Part shown: one piece after another, positions 39,930 to 50,064 of the stretch
Layout of the letters: each line of letters opens with the position of its first letter
How positions within the stretch are numbered: position 1 is the stretch's first letter
Made by a program: the position numbers and the translations under genes
Source of the DNA: an uncultured delta proteobacterium
GTDB taxonomy: Bacteria > Desulfobacterota > RBG-13-43-22
DNA: 64,000 nt
Reading direction: 5' to 3'
Assembly (NCBI GenBank): GCA_963743305.1
Contig: CAVUPH010000013.1
Location: forward strand, 96,001 to 160,000
The notes under the pieces: model-generated
Databases searched by the model: none
Told to the model about the DNA's origin: nothing
What the model saw: only the letters and a program-made list of their open reading frames with translations

Positions 39930-40466
39930 TTATCGTACTACGGCTTTGAAAACGGATTTTTCATCCCCGCAAACCAGACTCTTGATCTCCTTGGCTTGGA
40001 AACTCCGGGGGGGTTTGTTGTTGGTCAGATCGGCTACGGCGGCGACAAACCCGGTCGTGAAAAAATTAACCGGTTGATCATAGCTGCCCCATTTTTTCAA
40101 CCAGCCTTCATCCAGATGGCTGTACTCCATTTCCGCCGTGACCGCGTATTTTCCGATGGCGCTGAATTTGATGATTCCCATGCCGGAGATTTTCCAATAT
40201 TCCTCCGCAACGGCGACCTTCTCGGCGATAGTTTGGATGTTTCGGGCCTGATAATAGCGGTTCAGGACATCATAAAAAACATCCTCCGCATTCTCCACCA
40301 GATGCCGAACCCCTTCAAATTCGGTGGCGTCCAGGGCCAACTGGACATAGAGCGTGGAATAATGATGGCAATGAAGCACCGTGCAGTCCCCGTTCAGGGA
40401 ATGCCGGTTCTTCACCGGATCAAAGGTGTGTTCAATTTCAAATTCGGTCTTTTTTTCAATGGCCAT
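39930..40466 (-). CDS. V4R-like domain protein with HCHH motif
   Basis: VLHCHHY, SGMG, GFVAAV, EIKSLVCGDEKSVF. Confidence 0.65.
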   Translation of the reverse strand: MAIEKKTEFEIEHTFDPVKNRHSLNGDCTVLHCHHYSTLYVQLALDATEFEGVRHLVENAEDVFYDVLNRYYQARNIQTIAEKVAVAEEYWKISGMGIIKFSAIGKYAVTAEMEYSHLDEGWLKKWGSYDQPVNFFTTGFVAAVADLTNNKPPRSFQAKEIKSLVCGDEKSVFKAVVR

Positions 40467-40484
40467 GTTCTTTCTCCCTTTCCT

Positions 40485-40673
40485 TTACAATTTTATGTCC
40501 TTACCTGTGATTTCCTTGAAGACCTTTTCCATCTTGCTCAGATTCTCCGGGCTGTCCGGGGCCGCTCCGGCTTTGTCGGAACTCATCCCGGACTTCATGG
40601 CCAGACGCATCTGGGCCTGCAAGCCCCCGTGGTCCTTGGCCAAACTAAACGCTTTCACAAGCTTGGCTCCCAT
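40485..40673 (-). CDS. Small conserved 62-aa protein
   Basis: AAGGAGG RBS; GGLQAQMRLAMKSG..S..A...PDSPEN. Confidence 0.75.
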   Translation of the reverse strand: MGAKLVKAFSLAKDHGGLQAQMRLAMKSGMSSDKAGAAPDSPENLSKMEKVFKEITGKDIKL

Positions 40674-40695
40674 AATGTGTAACCCTCCTTAGCTT

Positions 40696-41808
40696 TTATT
40701 TACTTCTTTCTGATACTAATCGTAACATTGGGCCGGATTGTACCGGGATGACTGTTTTTATCTGATCTGGAAAAATCTCTTCTCCGGTTTCGTAGGTCGT
40801 CTGGCCGGCCATGCTCTTCAGCGAAAAAATCCAGTCCTTCATTTGTCCGGTCTGGGTATTCATCTCTTCAGCGGCGCTGGCCAGCTCTTCGGTCTGGGCC
40901 GCCGTCTGTTGGATAACCCGATTGACTTCATTTACTCCCCTATTGACCTGTTCAAGGCCCTGGGATTGTTCCAGGGAGGCAGCGGCGATTTCAGTTACAA
41001 AGGTATTCACTTTGTCGGTGTTGTCGCTCACTTTGGAGAATTCATCGATGGTAACGATCGCGTCATCCATGGCCTCGTTGATTTTTCGACTGATATCCTC
41101 GATCTGGCCGGTGGTTTTTTTGGCCGCGTCGGCCGCCCGCAAGGCTAAGTTGCGGACTTCATCGGCCACCACGGCAAAGCCGGCCCCGGCCTCACCCGCC
41201 CGGGCGGCTTCTACTGCCGCGTTCAGGGCCAGCAGATTGGTTTGAAAGGCGATTTCATCAATTGTTTTAACGATTTTTTGAGTATCGAGACTGGCCTCGC
41301 TCACCTGCCCTATGGCTGCCGCCATGTTTTGCATGGAATTGGAACAGGAATCGGTCGTGTTTTTATTTTCCAAGGACAGGATTTTGGCTTGTTGGGCATG
41401 TTCCGCATTTTGTTTGGTCATGGAGGAAATTTCCTCCAGGGAGGAAGAGGTTTCTTCAAGAGCGGCCGCCATTTCCGAGGCCCCGCTGGCCAGAGATTGG
41501 CTGGAGACCGACACCTCGTGGGAAGCCAGGGTCACTTGATCGACGGCCTCATTAAGACCCTGGATTAGTCCGCCGAGATCCCTGGCCAGGGAACGCCAAA
41601 TCCACAGGCTGAGCCCCACCAGAGCGGCCGTTTCCACAAAAAGAAAGACCCCAAACAGCCCTGTTGACGTTTCTCCGAAAACCCGATATCCAAGGAATCC
41701 GACACCAACCAGTTGCAGGACCAGGAATCCCAACCCGACCAAAAGACGTTTTTGAATTGATAAATTCATAAGGAACGGTCTCCCAATTGAACCAAAGTTA
41801 AAGGGCAC
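40696..41808 (-). CDS. Methyl-accepting chemotaxis protein with no periplasmic sensor domain
   Basis: [37 protein letters not shown]; two adjacent TM helices; start may be 41769. Confidence 0.92.
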   Translation of the reverse strand: MPFNFGSIGRPFLMNLSIQKRLLVGLGFLVLQLVGVGFLGYRVFGETSTGLFGVFLFVETAALVGLSLWIWRSLARDLGGLIQGLNEAVDQVTLASHEVSVSSQSLASGASEMAAALEETSSSLEEISSMTKQNAEHAQQAKILSLENKNTTDSCSNSMQNMAAAIGQVSEASLDTQKIVKTIDEIAFQTNLLALNAAVEAARAGEAGAGFAVVADEVRNLALRAADAAKKTTGQIEDISRKINEAMDDAIVTIDEFSKVSDNTDKVNTFVTEIAAASLEQSQGLEQVNRGVNEVNRVIQQTAAQTEELASAAEEMNTQTGQMKDWIFSLKSMAGQTTYETGEEIFPDQIKTVIPVQSGPMLRLVSERSK

Positions 41809-41920
41809 TTCAATTCTTAAGGGGTTGATGAATCGAATGCCTTTCTAGGACAGAATGAATTACTACTTGAAATACTTTTCTTATTTCATAGGCAATTCAT
41901 TCTTTATGGTGTTAAAGGTC

Positions 41921-41947
41921 TTATCGGCAAAAAGCAGTCGGGCTTGA
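41921..41947 (-). promoter_or_regulatory. sigma-28 (FliA) promoter
   Basis: Minus strand TCAA-N15-GCCGATAA upstream of the MCP. Confidence 0.8.
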
Positions 41948-42213
41948 ATAGTATCGGAAAATCCCGAGGGATTTCTTTGGGGAGGGACCCATTGTTTTTT
42001 CGGACCGGTGCCGGTTTTAGCCTGTTACCCGAAGCGGGAAAGAAGGGAAAAGTGGGGTGCGGCCTGTAAGAGAGGAGTTGGAAAGGATGAGGGGATGGTC
42101 AGCGGGGTAAGTGTTTATCCTCCCCGGAGGCATTTCAACCCAAATATCGGGACCATCCGGGGTGGAATCGGAGTGAAGGGGCGGTTCGTGCCGCTAATAT
42201 CAGGGGTCCCGCT

Positions 42214-42480
42214 TTAAAGACTGTTGATACGCGGCGGGTCGATCTCCTTCAGAACCTGAATCCCTTTCGTCCTCAGGGTCTCGAGGGCCTTGGCTGTAGT
42301 GTCGGGCGCTACGCCCTTGCTCAGACCTTCGATGACGACAACATTGTAGCCGTTGGCGGCAGCATCGACGGCGGTGGCCAGGACGCGGTAATCAGTGGCC
42401 GGTTCATACACCACCAGCTTCTTGATGCCCGCTGCTTTGAGGATGGAGTCCACCTCGGTCTTGGCCCCCCCCGTCATCCT
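42214..42480 (-). pseudogene. C-terminal fragment of an isochorismatase/nicotinamidase
   Basis: GIKKLVVYEPATDYRVLATAVDA (degenerate GLATDYCV); no N-terminus. Confidence 0.65.
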
Positions 42481-42541
42481 GGAAACCTGAGTAGCTGGTG
42501 AATATCGGGTTCTGTCCTTGTTCTTCCTCCTTGTTTTTATT

Positions 42542-42775
42542 TTAAAACCATGATTTGGCGCGATAGGAACGATAGGCTTCACCGAAACGGGACTCCAAAT
42601 CCCGCTCCTCCAGTCTCCGCCAGAAGATAATACTGCCTATTCCTAGGAATCCGGGGATTAGGCTGAGGGTTGCTCCGTGGTAAAGACTCCAACCGAAGAT
42701 CCAAAGCTCGTAGCTGTTCCGAATCACCAATCCAGCCAGGAAGAGGCCCAGGAGTAACGAAAAGTCAATTCTCAT
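42542..42775 (-). pseudogene. Internally deleted PEMT/ICMT-like methyltransferase
   Basis: N-terminal TM joined directly to C-terminal EERDLESRFGEAYRSY; only 77 aa. Confidence 0.6.
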
Positions 42776-42790
42776 AAGGATACTCCAACA

Positions 42791-44941
42791 CTATTCCCAG
42801 CCCCCCGGATGCTCTTTGGGTCTTTGCGCTGAGGACCAATTTTCGGTCGCTATATCAAACGGCCAAGAGGCCCGAATAGTCGTTCCTCCTTCTCCGGATT
42901 CGACGGCGAAAGCCCCATTCGAGAGCTCCGCCCGTTCTCTCATGGTGGATAGGCCGAATCCTCTAACGACCTCGCTCAGCTCAAATCCCCGGCCGTTGTC
43001 TTGAATAGTCAATTCTATTCCATCGCCCACCTTTTGCAGAGAGAGACAGACCCGGCTGGCCTGACTGTGCTTGGCGATATTGTTCAGCGCTTCCTGGGAA
43101 ATGCGAAAGATCGGGGTCTTCAGAGAATCAGGCAATTCCTCTTCCGCCAGGCCGATTTGGCCTTCAACCCCGATAGAGGAATAGGTTTTTTGAAACTCTC
43201 GGCAGAACCAATTCATGGCGGAAATGATCCCCAGGTCATCAAGAATGGCCGGGCGCAAATCGGCCATGATCCTTCGGGTCTCCACGATGGTTTGTTGAAC
43301 CGCCGCCACCAGACCGTGAAAGGATTCGATTTGAGTCAGGCCCTGCTCCATATCGGCTTGAGTCTTTTCAATGCTGTATTTGATAGCGGCCAGGGAAGAG
43401 GCAATGCTATCGTGAAGCTCTCCCGCAATTCTCTTCCTCTCCGTCTCCTGAGAAGTGAGGCACTGAGAGGCAAAAAACCGCACCTGTTGCTCCGATTGGC
43501 GCAGCGTTTCTTCCAATCGCCGGCGCTGGAGAATTTCTTGCTGCAGCATACCGACGGCTTCCGTTAATTCCGCCGTTCTTATCTGAACCCGTGCCTCTAG
43601 CTCGGCATTGATTTGCTCGACCTCCCGGCGGGCTTCGACGGCGTCTTGCATGAGATTGAGCGCGGCCAGCCGGGAGGCGCGCAAGGCTTCCTCGGCCTGT
43701 TTGCGCTCCGTAACGTCGAGAAAGACCACCCCAAAACATCCTCTCTCGGTCTGAAAAGCGCTCACCTCAAAATGCCGCCCCAGGGCCTCGCTCCATTGGT
43801 CGAAGTGGGCCGGCTGACCGGTCAGGGCGACCGATCCGTACCGTTCCACCCAGAGGCTTTCCGCTTGGGGCAGGACCTCAGAGAGTGTTCGCCCCACGAG
43901 GTCTGTGGCCTTAAGTCCGGTCAGTCGCTCGAAACCCGGATTCACCTGCAGGAAGCGGTAGTCGCAGGGCCGGCCCTCGTCGTTACAGATGATTTCGTGG
44001 ACGGCGAAGCCTTCGGTCATGGTTTCAAACAGCTTTCGAAACCGATCCTCGCTTTGCGCGAGTTCCCGGAACAAGGTCCGATAGGGGCGCTGGAGGCCGG
44101 TTTCGATAATGGCCTTATACAGCAGGGCATAAGCCACGATTTTCAGGAAATGGCCCAATTCATTGAACAGGCCGTAAACGTTTCCATACCAGGTGAAGGA
44201 CAGCTCCGAGACGATGCTTACGCCTATGGCGGCCATCACCAAGCGCAGCACCGAAGGGTCCAGGTGCTGCCGTCGCCGGGAGACGAAGAAGATCGCCCCG
44301 GCCAGCAAAACGCAGATGAGGTATTCGCTGATGATTTTAAAGGGCGTTAGACCCTGCCCTTCGACAAAACAGGCCGGGAACCATCCGCCGAACACCATGG
44401 CCAGAAACAACGCCGTTATCAGGCCGTAGGCCGACAGCAGCCTCAGGGCGCTGACCCGTCGCGTCAGGTATAGGGGCGCCACCACCAGGGACACCGCCTC
44501 CAGGCTTCGCGCGGCAATCCACAACTGCGTCGGCAAGTCGGCCGTTGCGCCGGGAAACACGCCCATGCCCTTGTAAGCCAGCAGGTGAAGGAGGTCGAAG
44601 GCGCCCACTGTCAGAAAGGCCACACCCAAAAACAGAAAAAAACCGTGGGCGATGAGCCGGCGGGAATTCCAGGCCAGGATGAACATTCCCCAGGCCACTA
44701 AAACCGAAAACAACTCCGCCAAACTATGAAACAGCAGATAACTGACGCGGCCCGTCAGCCATAGCCCGACGATGCCGACACCCACGGCAGCCATAATGAG
44801 GGCCTTGTCTATGGCTTTTGTCGGCGCCGTACCGGCTTCCCTCTGGGTCTTCTCGGAGGGATCCTGCGACTTTTGGCCCGGCCGGCTTTTTTCTGGGCTT
44901 TGGTCGGTGACCTGGTTCGTTCCGTTCTTCCGGTCCTTCAT
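42791..44941 (-). CDS. MASE3-PAS sensor histidine kinase (HisKA_3/NarX type)
   Basis: YLLFHSLAELFS, DLLHLLAYKGMG (MASE3); ERKRIAGELHDS; QEALNNIAKHS; DNGRGF. Confidence 0.9.
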   Translation of the reverse strand: MKDRKNGTNQVTDQSPEKSRPGQKSQDPSEKTQREAGTAPTKAIDKALIMAAVGVGIVGLWLTGRVSYLLFHSLAELFSVLVAWGMFILAWNSRRLIAHGFFLFLGVAFLTVGAFDLLHLLAYKGMGVFPGATADLPTQLWIAARSLEAVSLVVAPLYLTRRVSALRLLSAYGLITALFLAMVFGGWFPACFVEGQGLTPFKIISEYLICVLLAGAIFFVSRRRQHLDPSVLRLVMAAIGVSIVSELSFTWYGNVYGLFNELGHFLKIVAYALLYKAIIETGLQRPYRTLFRELAQSEDRFRKLFETMTEGFAVHEIICNDEGRPCDYRFLQVNPGFERLTGLKATDLVGRTLSEVLPQAESLWVERYGSVALTGQPAHFDQWSEALGRHFEVSAFQTERGCFGVVFLDVTERKQAEEALRASRLAALNLMQDAVEARREVEQINAELEARVQIRTAELTEAVGMLQQEILQRRRLEETLRQSEQQVRFFASQCLTSQETERKRIAGELHDSIASSLAAIKYSIEKTQADMEQGLTQIESFHGLVAAVQQTIVETRRIMADLRPAILDDLGIISAMNWFCREFQKTYSSIGVEGQIGLAEEELPDSLKTPIFRISQEALNNIAKHSQASRVCLSLQKVGDGIELTIQDNGRGFELSEVVRGFGLSTMRERAELSNGAFAVESGEGGTTIRASWPFDIATENWSSAQRPKEHPGGWE

Positions 44942-44950
44942 GAGCACACC

Positions 44951-45379
44951 TTATGAATCCGCTGATTGGGGGAGCACCGGCTTGATATCGACGAGCGGCG
45001 TTCCATCGATCGCCTCCAGCGGTCCCACCTTGATTCTGTTCCCGGCGATTTCCAGAACCGTAACGCGATGTAATCCCAATGGATTGGGTCTGTGGGGCGA
45101 CCGGGTGGCAAAGACGCCGGTCAGGGGCCGGTTTGGATCCCGACGCGGGTGGACCTTCAGTTTGTCGCGCTGCGCCTGGTGAAGCCAGGTGATTAAGACC
45201 ATTTCATCGCCCGGCGCAATTCCTTCGAGCCCCTCGGCAACCTCCGCCTGCACATCGAGCCAGGCGTCGGGCGCCCCTTCAGATCCCTGGCGGGGCGCCG
45301 CCTCGCGACCAGTCAGGTCGGAGCGGATGACCCCAATGGGTTTAATCGTAAAGCGGGCTTCGATCATAGCGCTGCTCAC
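44951..45379 (-). CDS. tsaA: tRNA (m6t6A37) methyltransferase TrmO/TsaA family
   Basis: GVFATRSPHRPNPLG, DGTPLVDIKP. Confidence 0.88.
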   Translation of the reverse strand: MSSAMIEARFTIKPIGVIRSDLTGREAAPRQGSEGAPDAWLDVQAEVAEGLEGIAPGDEMVLITWLHQAQRDKLKVHPRRDPNRPLTGVFATRSPHRPNPLGLHRVTVLEIAGNRIKVGPLEAIDGTPLVDIKPVLPQSADS

Positions 45380-46140
45380 GGGAAAATCTGACCTGTGGGA
45401 CGTATCGTCACTTCGTTCACGTTGACGTGCGGCGGCAACCTGAGGAGCCAGTGAATACCATCCGCGATGACCTGGGGTTCAAGAAGTTGGCCGAAGGGAG
45501 CGACGGCCTTACTGAAATTTTCCTCGTCATACCCGGCCACGGCCTGAAATTCACTGACGACGATGCCCGGCAACACCAGGGAAACGCGTACCCCCTGGGG
45601 ACAAACCTCACGGCGAAGCGATTCGGCCAGCGCACCGACAGCGAACTTGCTGGAACCGTAGAACCCGCTGAAGGGCGAAATATTCCGGCCCACCGCTGAA
45701 CCAATGACCACGATGTCCCCGCGTTTTTGTTTGACCAGGTATTGTCCCGCCCGCCGCATCAGGCTGGCCGCGCCGAGCACGTTGACTTGGTATAGGTCCC
45801 GCCACTGGGATTCATCGCTGCCGAGGATACCGCCTGCCAGTCCGCGACCGGCATTGATGACCACAATCTCAAACGTGCCGCCGCCTTCATTCCAGGCCAA
45901 GGTTCGCTCCAGCAAACGATCAATATCCTCCGGAGCGCCCGCATTGCCCGCCACGGCCAGGGCTTTCCCCCCTTGGGCGATAATCTCCGAGACAACCGTA
46001 TCCAGCCGGTCTTGGCGTCGGGCCTGGATGACGACCGCCGCGCCGGCCCTGGCCAGGGTAGCCGCCGTAGCTCGTCCTATTCCGGAGCTGGCACCGGTAA
46101 CAATGGCCGTCTTGCCAGAAAAATAGCTATCTTTTTCCAT
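45376..46140 (-). CDS. Short-chain dehydrogenase/reductase
   Basis: TGASSGIG, INAG, YGSSK. Confidence 0.92.
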   Translation of the reverse strand: MEKDSYFSGKTAIVTGASSGIGRATAATLARAGAAVVIQARRQDRLDTVVSEIIAQGGKALAVAGNAGAPEDIDRLLERTLAWNEGGGTFEIVVINAGRGLAGGILGSDESQWRDLYQVNVLGAASLMRRAGQYLVKQKRGDIVVIGSAVGRNISPFSGFYGSSKFAVGALAESLRREVCPQGVRVSLVLPGIVVSEFQAVAGYDEENFSKAVAPFGQLLEPQVIADGIHWLLRLPPHVNVNEVTIRPTGQIFP

Positions 46141-46249
46141 AAAATCCTCCTCGGTGGCGTACCAGGTAGAGTTTGTTTTTAAGGATTTAGGCGGCCGGAC
46201 CCCATCCCGTCACCTTACGCTCTTTAGTCCTGGAATCAAATGCTGGCTG

Positions 46250-46699
46250 TCATTCCAGCGGAAGCCGGAATCCGGCGCTGGAATTGGATGAAGACGGGTC
46301 TCGCCTCCAGAGGCGATCTCCGCTCCAGGCCCCTCCTCCAGCGAAGGCCAGATATAGGAAAACAAAGCACAAGACCACGGCCAGGTCCCCTCCATTCCTC
46401 AAGGGCCAGAACCCCTTCGGCGCGTGCACCAGGAAGTAGGCCACGGCCATTTCTCCTGAGAGGATGAAGGCTACGGGACGGGTGAACAGCCCGAGCAAAA
46501 TAAACAGCCCGCCGAAAAACTCCAGCACCCCGGCCAGGCCGAGCAGAGACATCAACGGGGGCAAGACGGCGTGCTCGGGGGAAAGGAAGCCGAAGAGCTT
46601 CTGGGCCCCGTGCTGCAGGAAGAGGAAGGCCGTAACGATCCGCAGGACGCTCAGCAGGCGCGACGACCACCGGGAACAAAAGGATTCGAGATAAAGCAT
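46250..46699 (-). CDS. DoxX family membrane protein
   Basis: HGAQKLFG, GLFTRPVAFILSGEMAVAYF. Confidence 0.88.
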   Translation of the reverse strand: MLYLESFCSRWSSRLLSVLRIVTAFLFLQHGAQKLFGFLSPEHAVLPPLMSLLGLAGVLEFFGGLFILLGLFTRPVAFILSGEMAVAYFLVHAPKGFWPLRNGGDLAVVLCFVFLYLAFAGGGAWSGDRLWRRDPSSSNSSAGFRLPLE

Positions 46700-47061
46700 A
46701 AACACCTCCTCGTTGGTCTATTTGGACGCGGTCCTTTATGTGGCGGGATCTGTTTTCACGCGGGACGACTTAATAGAAAATAGGCTTTCCCTTTTAGCAT
46801 TTATTTTCTATTTTGTCATTAAATCAGATCATTGTCAAATAAACTGGTGACCAGGCCCAACTCAGCTATTCGGCGAAATTAGGGAAAGAAGACGGGCGGT
46901 TAGGAGCGGAAGGGAGTCCTCCCCCTTAGCATCCGGTTTTCTGGAGTCCGAGCTTTGGGGTCGGATTTTTCCCTATGTAGAGCGAAGGGTTTCAGTTGAC
47001 GAAAAGGGACTTCTTGTAATACCATCTCTAATCAAGGTCAGGAAATTGAAAAGGAGGAGCC

Positions 47062-47634
47062 ATGGATCTTTTTGCCGCCATCAAGGAAAGACGCAGTTGT
47101 AGAAGCTTTTTGAGTGACCCGATAGAGGAGGTCACCCTGGAGAAGATCATAGAAGCCGGGACCTGGGCGCCTTCGCCGATGAACGCCCAACCCTGGGAAT
47201 TCATCGTGGTCACCAGCCCGGAGATGAAAGAGAAGATTTATGCGGAGGCGGAGCGCTGTCGCCGGTGGGCCTTGAGCGCCAGCGGCTGGAAGTGGCTGGA
47301 CAAATACCGGATCGAATTCCTGAAATCCGCCCCGGTGCTGGTAGTGGTGGTCGGCGATCCTAAAAAAACCGGGGTCGACCAATTCATGGAGGACGGTTCG
47401 ACGGGCTATCAATACGCCTGCGCCGCGGCCGTCCAGAATATGATGCTGGCCGCCCAGGTCCTGGGCTTAGGCAGCCTTTGGTTTACGTTGTTCGACCGAA
47501 AAAATGTGGGCGAAGTCTTGGGCGTCGCTCCCGAAAAAAAGGTGCTGTCCCTCGTTTGCCTGGGCAAGCCGGAAGGGACGGTGGCTCCGGTGTCGCGCAA
47601 ACCGACGGCAGAGAAAATGACGTACTTCCGGTAA
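47062..47634 (+). CDS. Nitroreductase family protein
   Basis: RRSCRSF, APS.MNAQPWEF, QNMMLAA..LGLGSLW. Confidence 0.92.
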   Translation: MDLFAAIKERRSCRSFLSDPIEEVTLEKIIEAGTWAPSPMNAQPWEFIVVTSPEMKEKIYAEAERCRRWALSASGWKWLDKYRIEFLKSAPVLVVVVGDPKKTGVDQFMEDGSTGYQYACAAAVQNMMLAAQVLGLGSLWFTLFDRKNVGEVLGVAPEKKVLSLVCLGKPEGTVAPVSRKPTAEKMTYFR

Positions 47635-47668
47635 GGGGAACCGGCCTTGGCCCGCGCGATCCTTCCTT

Positions 47669-48880
47669 TTACCCGCTGGTTTGTGCGGCCCAAGAAGGGG
47701 GTGATCCCGGTGGAAAAGATTCTTTCCTAACCGCGGAGCCCGCGGTTTTTAAGACCTCTGCGCTTAATCTCGGTTCAGCCATCCGAACAATGCGAATGGC
47801 CCGGCGCCGCTCTACGGGAAAATATAAAATAAAGCTGGCGCCTTGTCCTGGTTCGGATTCAACTTCGATGCGGCCTCCGTGAAGGGCCAGGATTCGTTTG
47901 ACCGTCGCCAGATCGATTCCGGCCCCATTGTCCTTGGTGCTGAAAAACGGGTTAAAGATAAAGGGCAGGTCCCTCTTCAGGATCCCGATCCCGTTGTCGG
48001 TTACCCTGACCCAGTGATGCCGGCCGTCCGATCCGCTCGTAAAGGTGAGCTCCCCGAATTCTTCCAGGGCCTCAATGGCATTTTCAATCAAAATCATAAA
48101 GGCCCTCACCGAAAGATTTCTATCCACCCGCAGAGAAATTTCCGCAAGATCCTTATTGACGGCGATCGTTTTGCTTTTCAGCGGGTAGGTAAATAACCGG
48201 AGGGCCTCCTCGATGAGCTCTTCCAGGGGTTCATTGGTGAAAGAGGGCTTCGGCAGCGTGGCAAAGGAATCGGTTTTTTTCACCAGCCGTTCTATTTTTT
48301 GCAGGTCGCTTAAAATGTACCGGTAATACCGCTCGTTGTCTTCGTTTCGCTCGCAGGCGGCATGGAGCTTCTTGCAGTAGCCGCCGATACCGGCCAGGGG
48401 ATTCCGAAGTTCATGGGCCACTCCCCCGGCGATTTGGATCAGATCTTCATAATGGCCATCCAGGAGGATTTTTTCGAGTTGCTTCTCCTGGTCCATATTC
48501 TGGATGCAGATGAAAATCAGGGCATGCCCCCGGGCGGGTTCAGACATGGCCTGCATATTGATGAAGGCGAAAAAACGGGTCTGGTCCTTTCGCTGGAGCA
48601 TCAGCTCGCCCTCATAGGGACAATTCTTTTGGGCCAGGTCCATCAAATTGGAAAATAGATAGGTCACATCCTCCGGTGTAAATAAGAGGGAAAGCATTTC
48701 CCCCTCCATCTCGTCCGGGGTAAACCCGAAAAGATTTTCCACTACCGGACTGGTGAAACAGATGCGACCGCTCAGGTCGGTTACAATAACCGCCTGTTTG
48801 AGGCAGGCCAGAATGCTTTCCAGCATTTCCCAAGAGTCACAATACGTTAGCGGCCAGGCCAAGTTGGTATTTTTATTCAT
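47669..48880 (-). CDS. Cytoplasmic PAS histidine kinase
   Basis: PAS domain, GVAHELRNPL, DNGIGI, NPFFSTK. Confidence 0.88.
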   Translation of the reverse strand: MNKNTNLAWPLTYCDSWEMLESILACLKQAVIVTDLSGRICFTSPVVENLFGFTPDEMEGEMLSLLFTPEDVTYLFSNLMDLAQKNCPYEGELMLQRKDQTRFFAFINMQAMSEPARGHALIFICIQNMDQEKQLEKILLDGHYEDLIQIAGGVAHELRNPLAGIGGYCKKLHAACERNEDNERYYRYILSDLQKIERLVKKTDSFATLPKPSFTNEPLEELIEEALRLFTYPLKSKTIAVNKDLAEISLRVDRNLSVRAFMILIENAIEALEEFGELTFTSGSDGRHHWVRVTDNGIGILKRDLPFIFNPFFSTKDNGAGIDLATVKRILALHGGRIEVESEPGQGASFILYFPVERRRAIRIVRMAEPRLSAEVLKTAGSAVRKESFPPGSPPSWAAQTSG

Positions 48881-48962
48881 CGGCTACTCCTTCGCTGTTG
48901 CCAAGCAACGAATAAAAAAAAGGTGGTTTCCCTTAGCAGGGGGTTGGCCTTTGCGGGGCTCA

Positions 48963-50036
48963 TCACAGCCCCGACGCTAAGGTAGGTTTAATCAATCCCA
49001 GGTTTCCCAGAGTGGGTTCGATTTCCTGAGCGGTGAAAAGCCAGGAATCCGTCCCCGGCCTGGAAAGGGCGAGGCTGGTTATCTGTCCTAACCGCTCGAG
49101 AAAAAATTCCTCCCGATGGGTGAGTTGTTGTTTAAGGGTATTGATCCAGAGGTAGAGGGTGCCCAGTTTTTTGTGGTCAAAGGATAGGGGCATGGTTTTC
49201 AAAAGGCTGGGCTGGGACTTTTGCCCGAAGGCCCCTCGGTCTTCCGCGTTCCCGAAGGGTTTCCCGGCTTTCAAGGATTTTTTGATGGCCGGAAACCGGG
49301 CCAGGTCCAAGACGATGGGTTCCGTTTCCGGAGAATCGTTGGAGGAAACCATTAAACCGCTTTTCTCCCGGGAATCCACAAAAATGGCCGAACAGCGAAC
49401 GATGGAAAATTTTTCGCAGATGATCCGGGTCAGTTGCAGCAGGTAGTCGGAAAAGCGTTTCCCCTGACCGATGGACTGGGCCACCTCGGTCAGCGCCTCC
49501 AACTCCAGATAGTCTTCCCTCAGGATCTCCTTTTCCAGCAGAAGACGGTTATAGGATTCGATCATGCCGTAGAAGAAAAAGGTCACAATAAATAGAAAGG
49601 GAAAGCGGAGCAAGGTCCCGGTACTCCAAAAATCGTTCGGGGATTTCAGATAAAGGGAAGTCCCGTAGATGACCAGAATTAACCCGAAGGCGGAACCGAT
49701 CAGTTTGAGTCGCCTCGAGGTGGCGGCCAATAAAAGAATCAGAAAGTAGATGACATAGAATTCCGAATCCGATTGCGCGGCAAAAAAAAGGGCCAGGGTG
49801 GTCAATAAGATATCAAGGGAAAGAATATAAAAAAGAAAACGTTTCTTTCGAAAGAGGGTTTGGGGAAAAAAAGTCAGTCCCAGGTTGCTCAAGGCGTATA
49901 GGGAAAAGCCGAAGATAAATGAGAGGGGCAGGTGCTCTTGCGAGAAGCTGAAGAGGAGGACATAGCCGACGATGATGATCAGCGCCCAACGCAGCAGCAA
50001 GATGGTCCTTTTGTTATATTCTTCTTTTAGCAACAT
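48963..50036 (-). CDS. Membrane protein with C-terminal GAF-like domain and no output domain
   Basis: About 5-6 TM helices, coiled coil, GAF-like segment. Confidence 0.6.
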   Translation of the reverse strand: MLLKEEYNKRTILLLRWALIIIVGYVLLFSFSQEHLPLSFIFGFSLYALSNLGLTFFPQTLFRKKRFLFYILSLDILLTTLALFFAAQSDSEFYVIYFLILLLAATSRRLKLIGSAFGLILVIYGTSLYLKSPNDFWSTGTLLRFPFLFIVTFFFYGMIESYNRLLLEKEILREDYLELEALTEVAQSIGQGKRFSDYLLQLTRIICEKFSIVRCSAIFVDSREKSGLMVSSNDSPETEPIVLDLARFPAIKKSLKAGKPFGNAEDRGAFGQKSQPSLLKTMPLSFDHKKLGTLYLWINTLKQQLTHREEFFLERLGQITSLALSRPGTDSWLFTAQEIEPTLGNLGLIKPTLASGL

Positions 50037-50064
50037 ACCGTTTTCCTCCCCCAGATAGAAGGTT

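Noticed and set aside
48905-48975. Hairpins between the GAF protein and PAS kinase genes as a riboswitch
   Set aside because: Only a fragmentary resemblance, and it overlaps a stop codon
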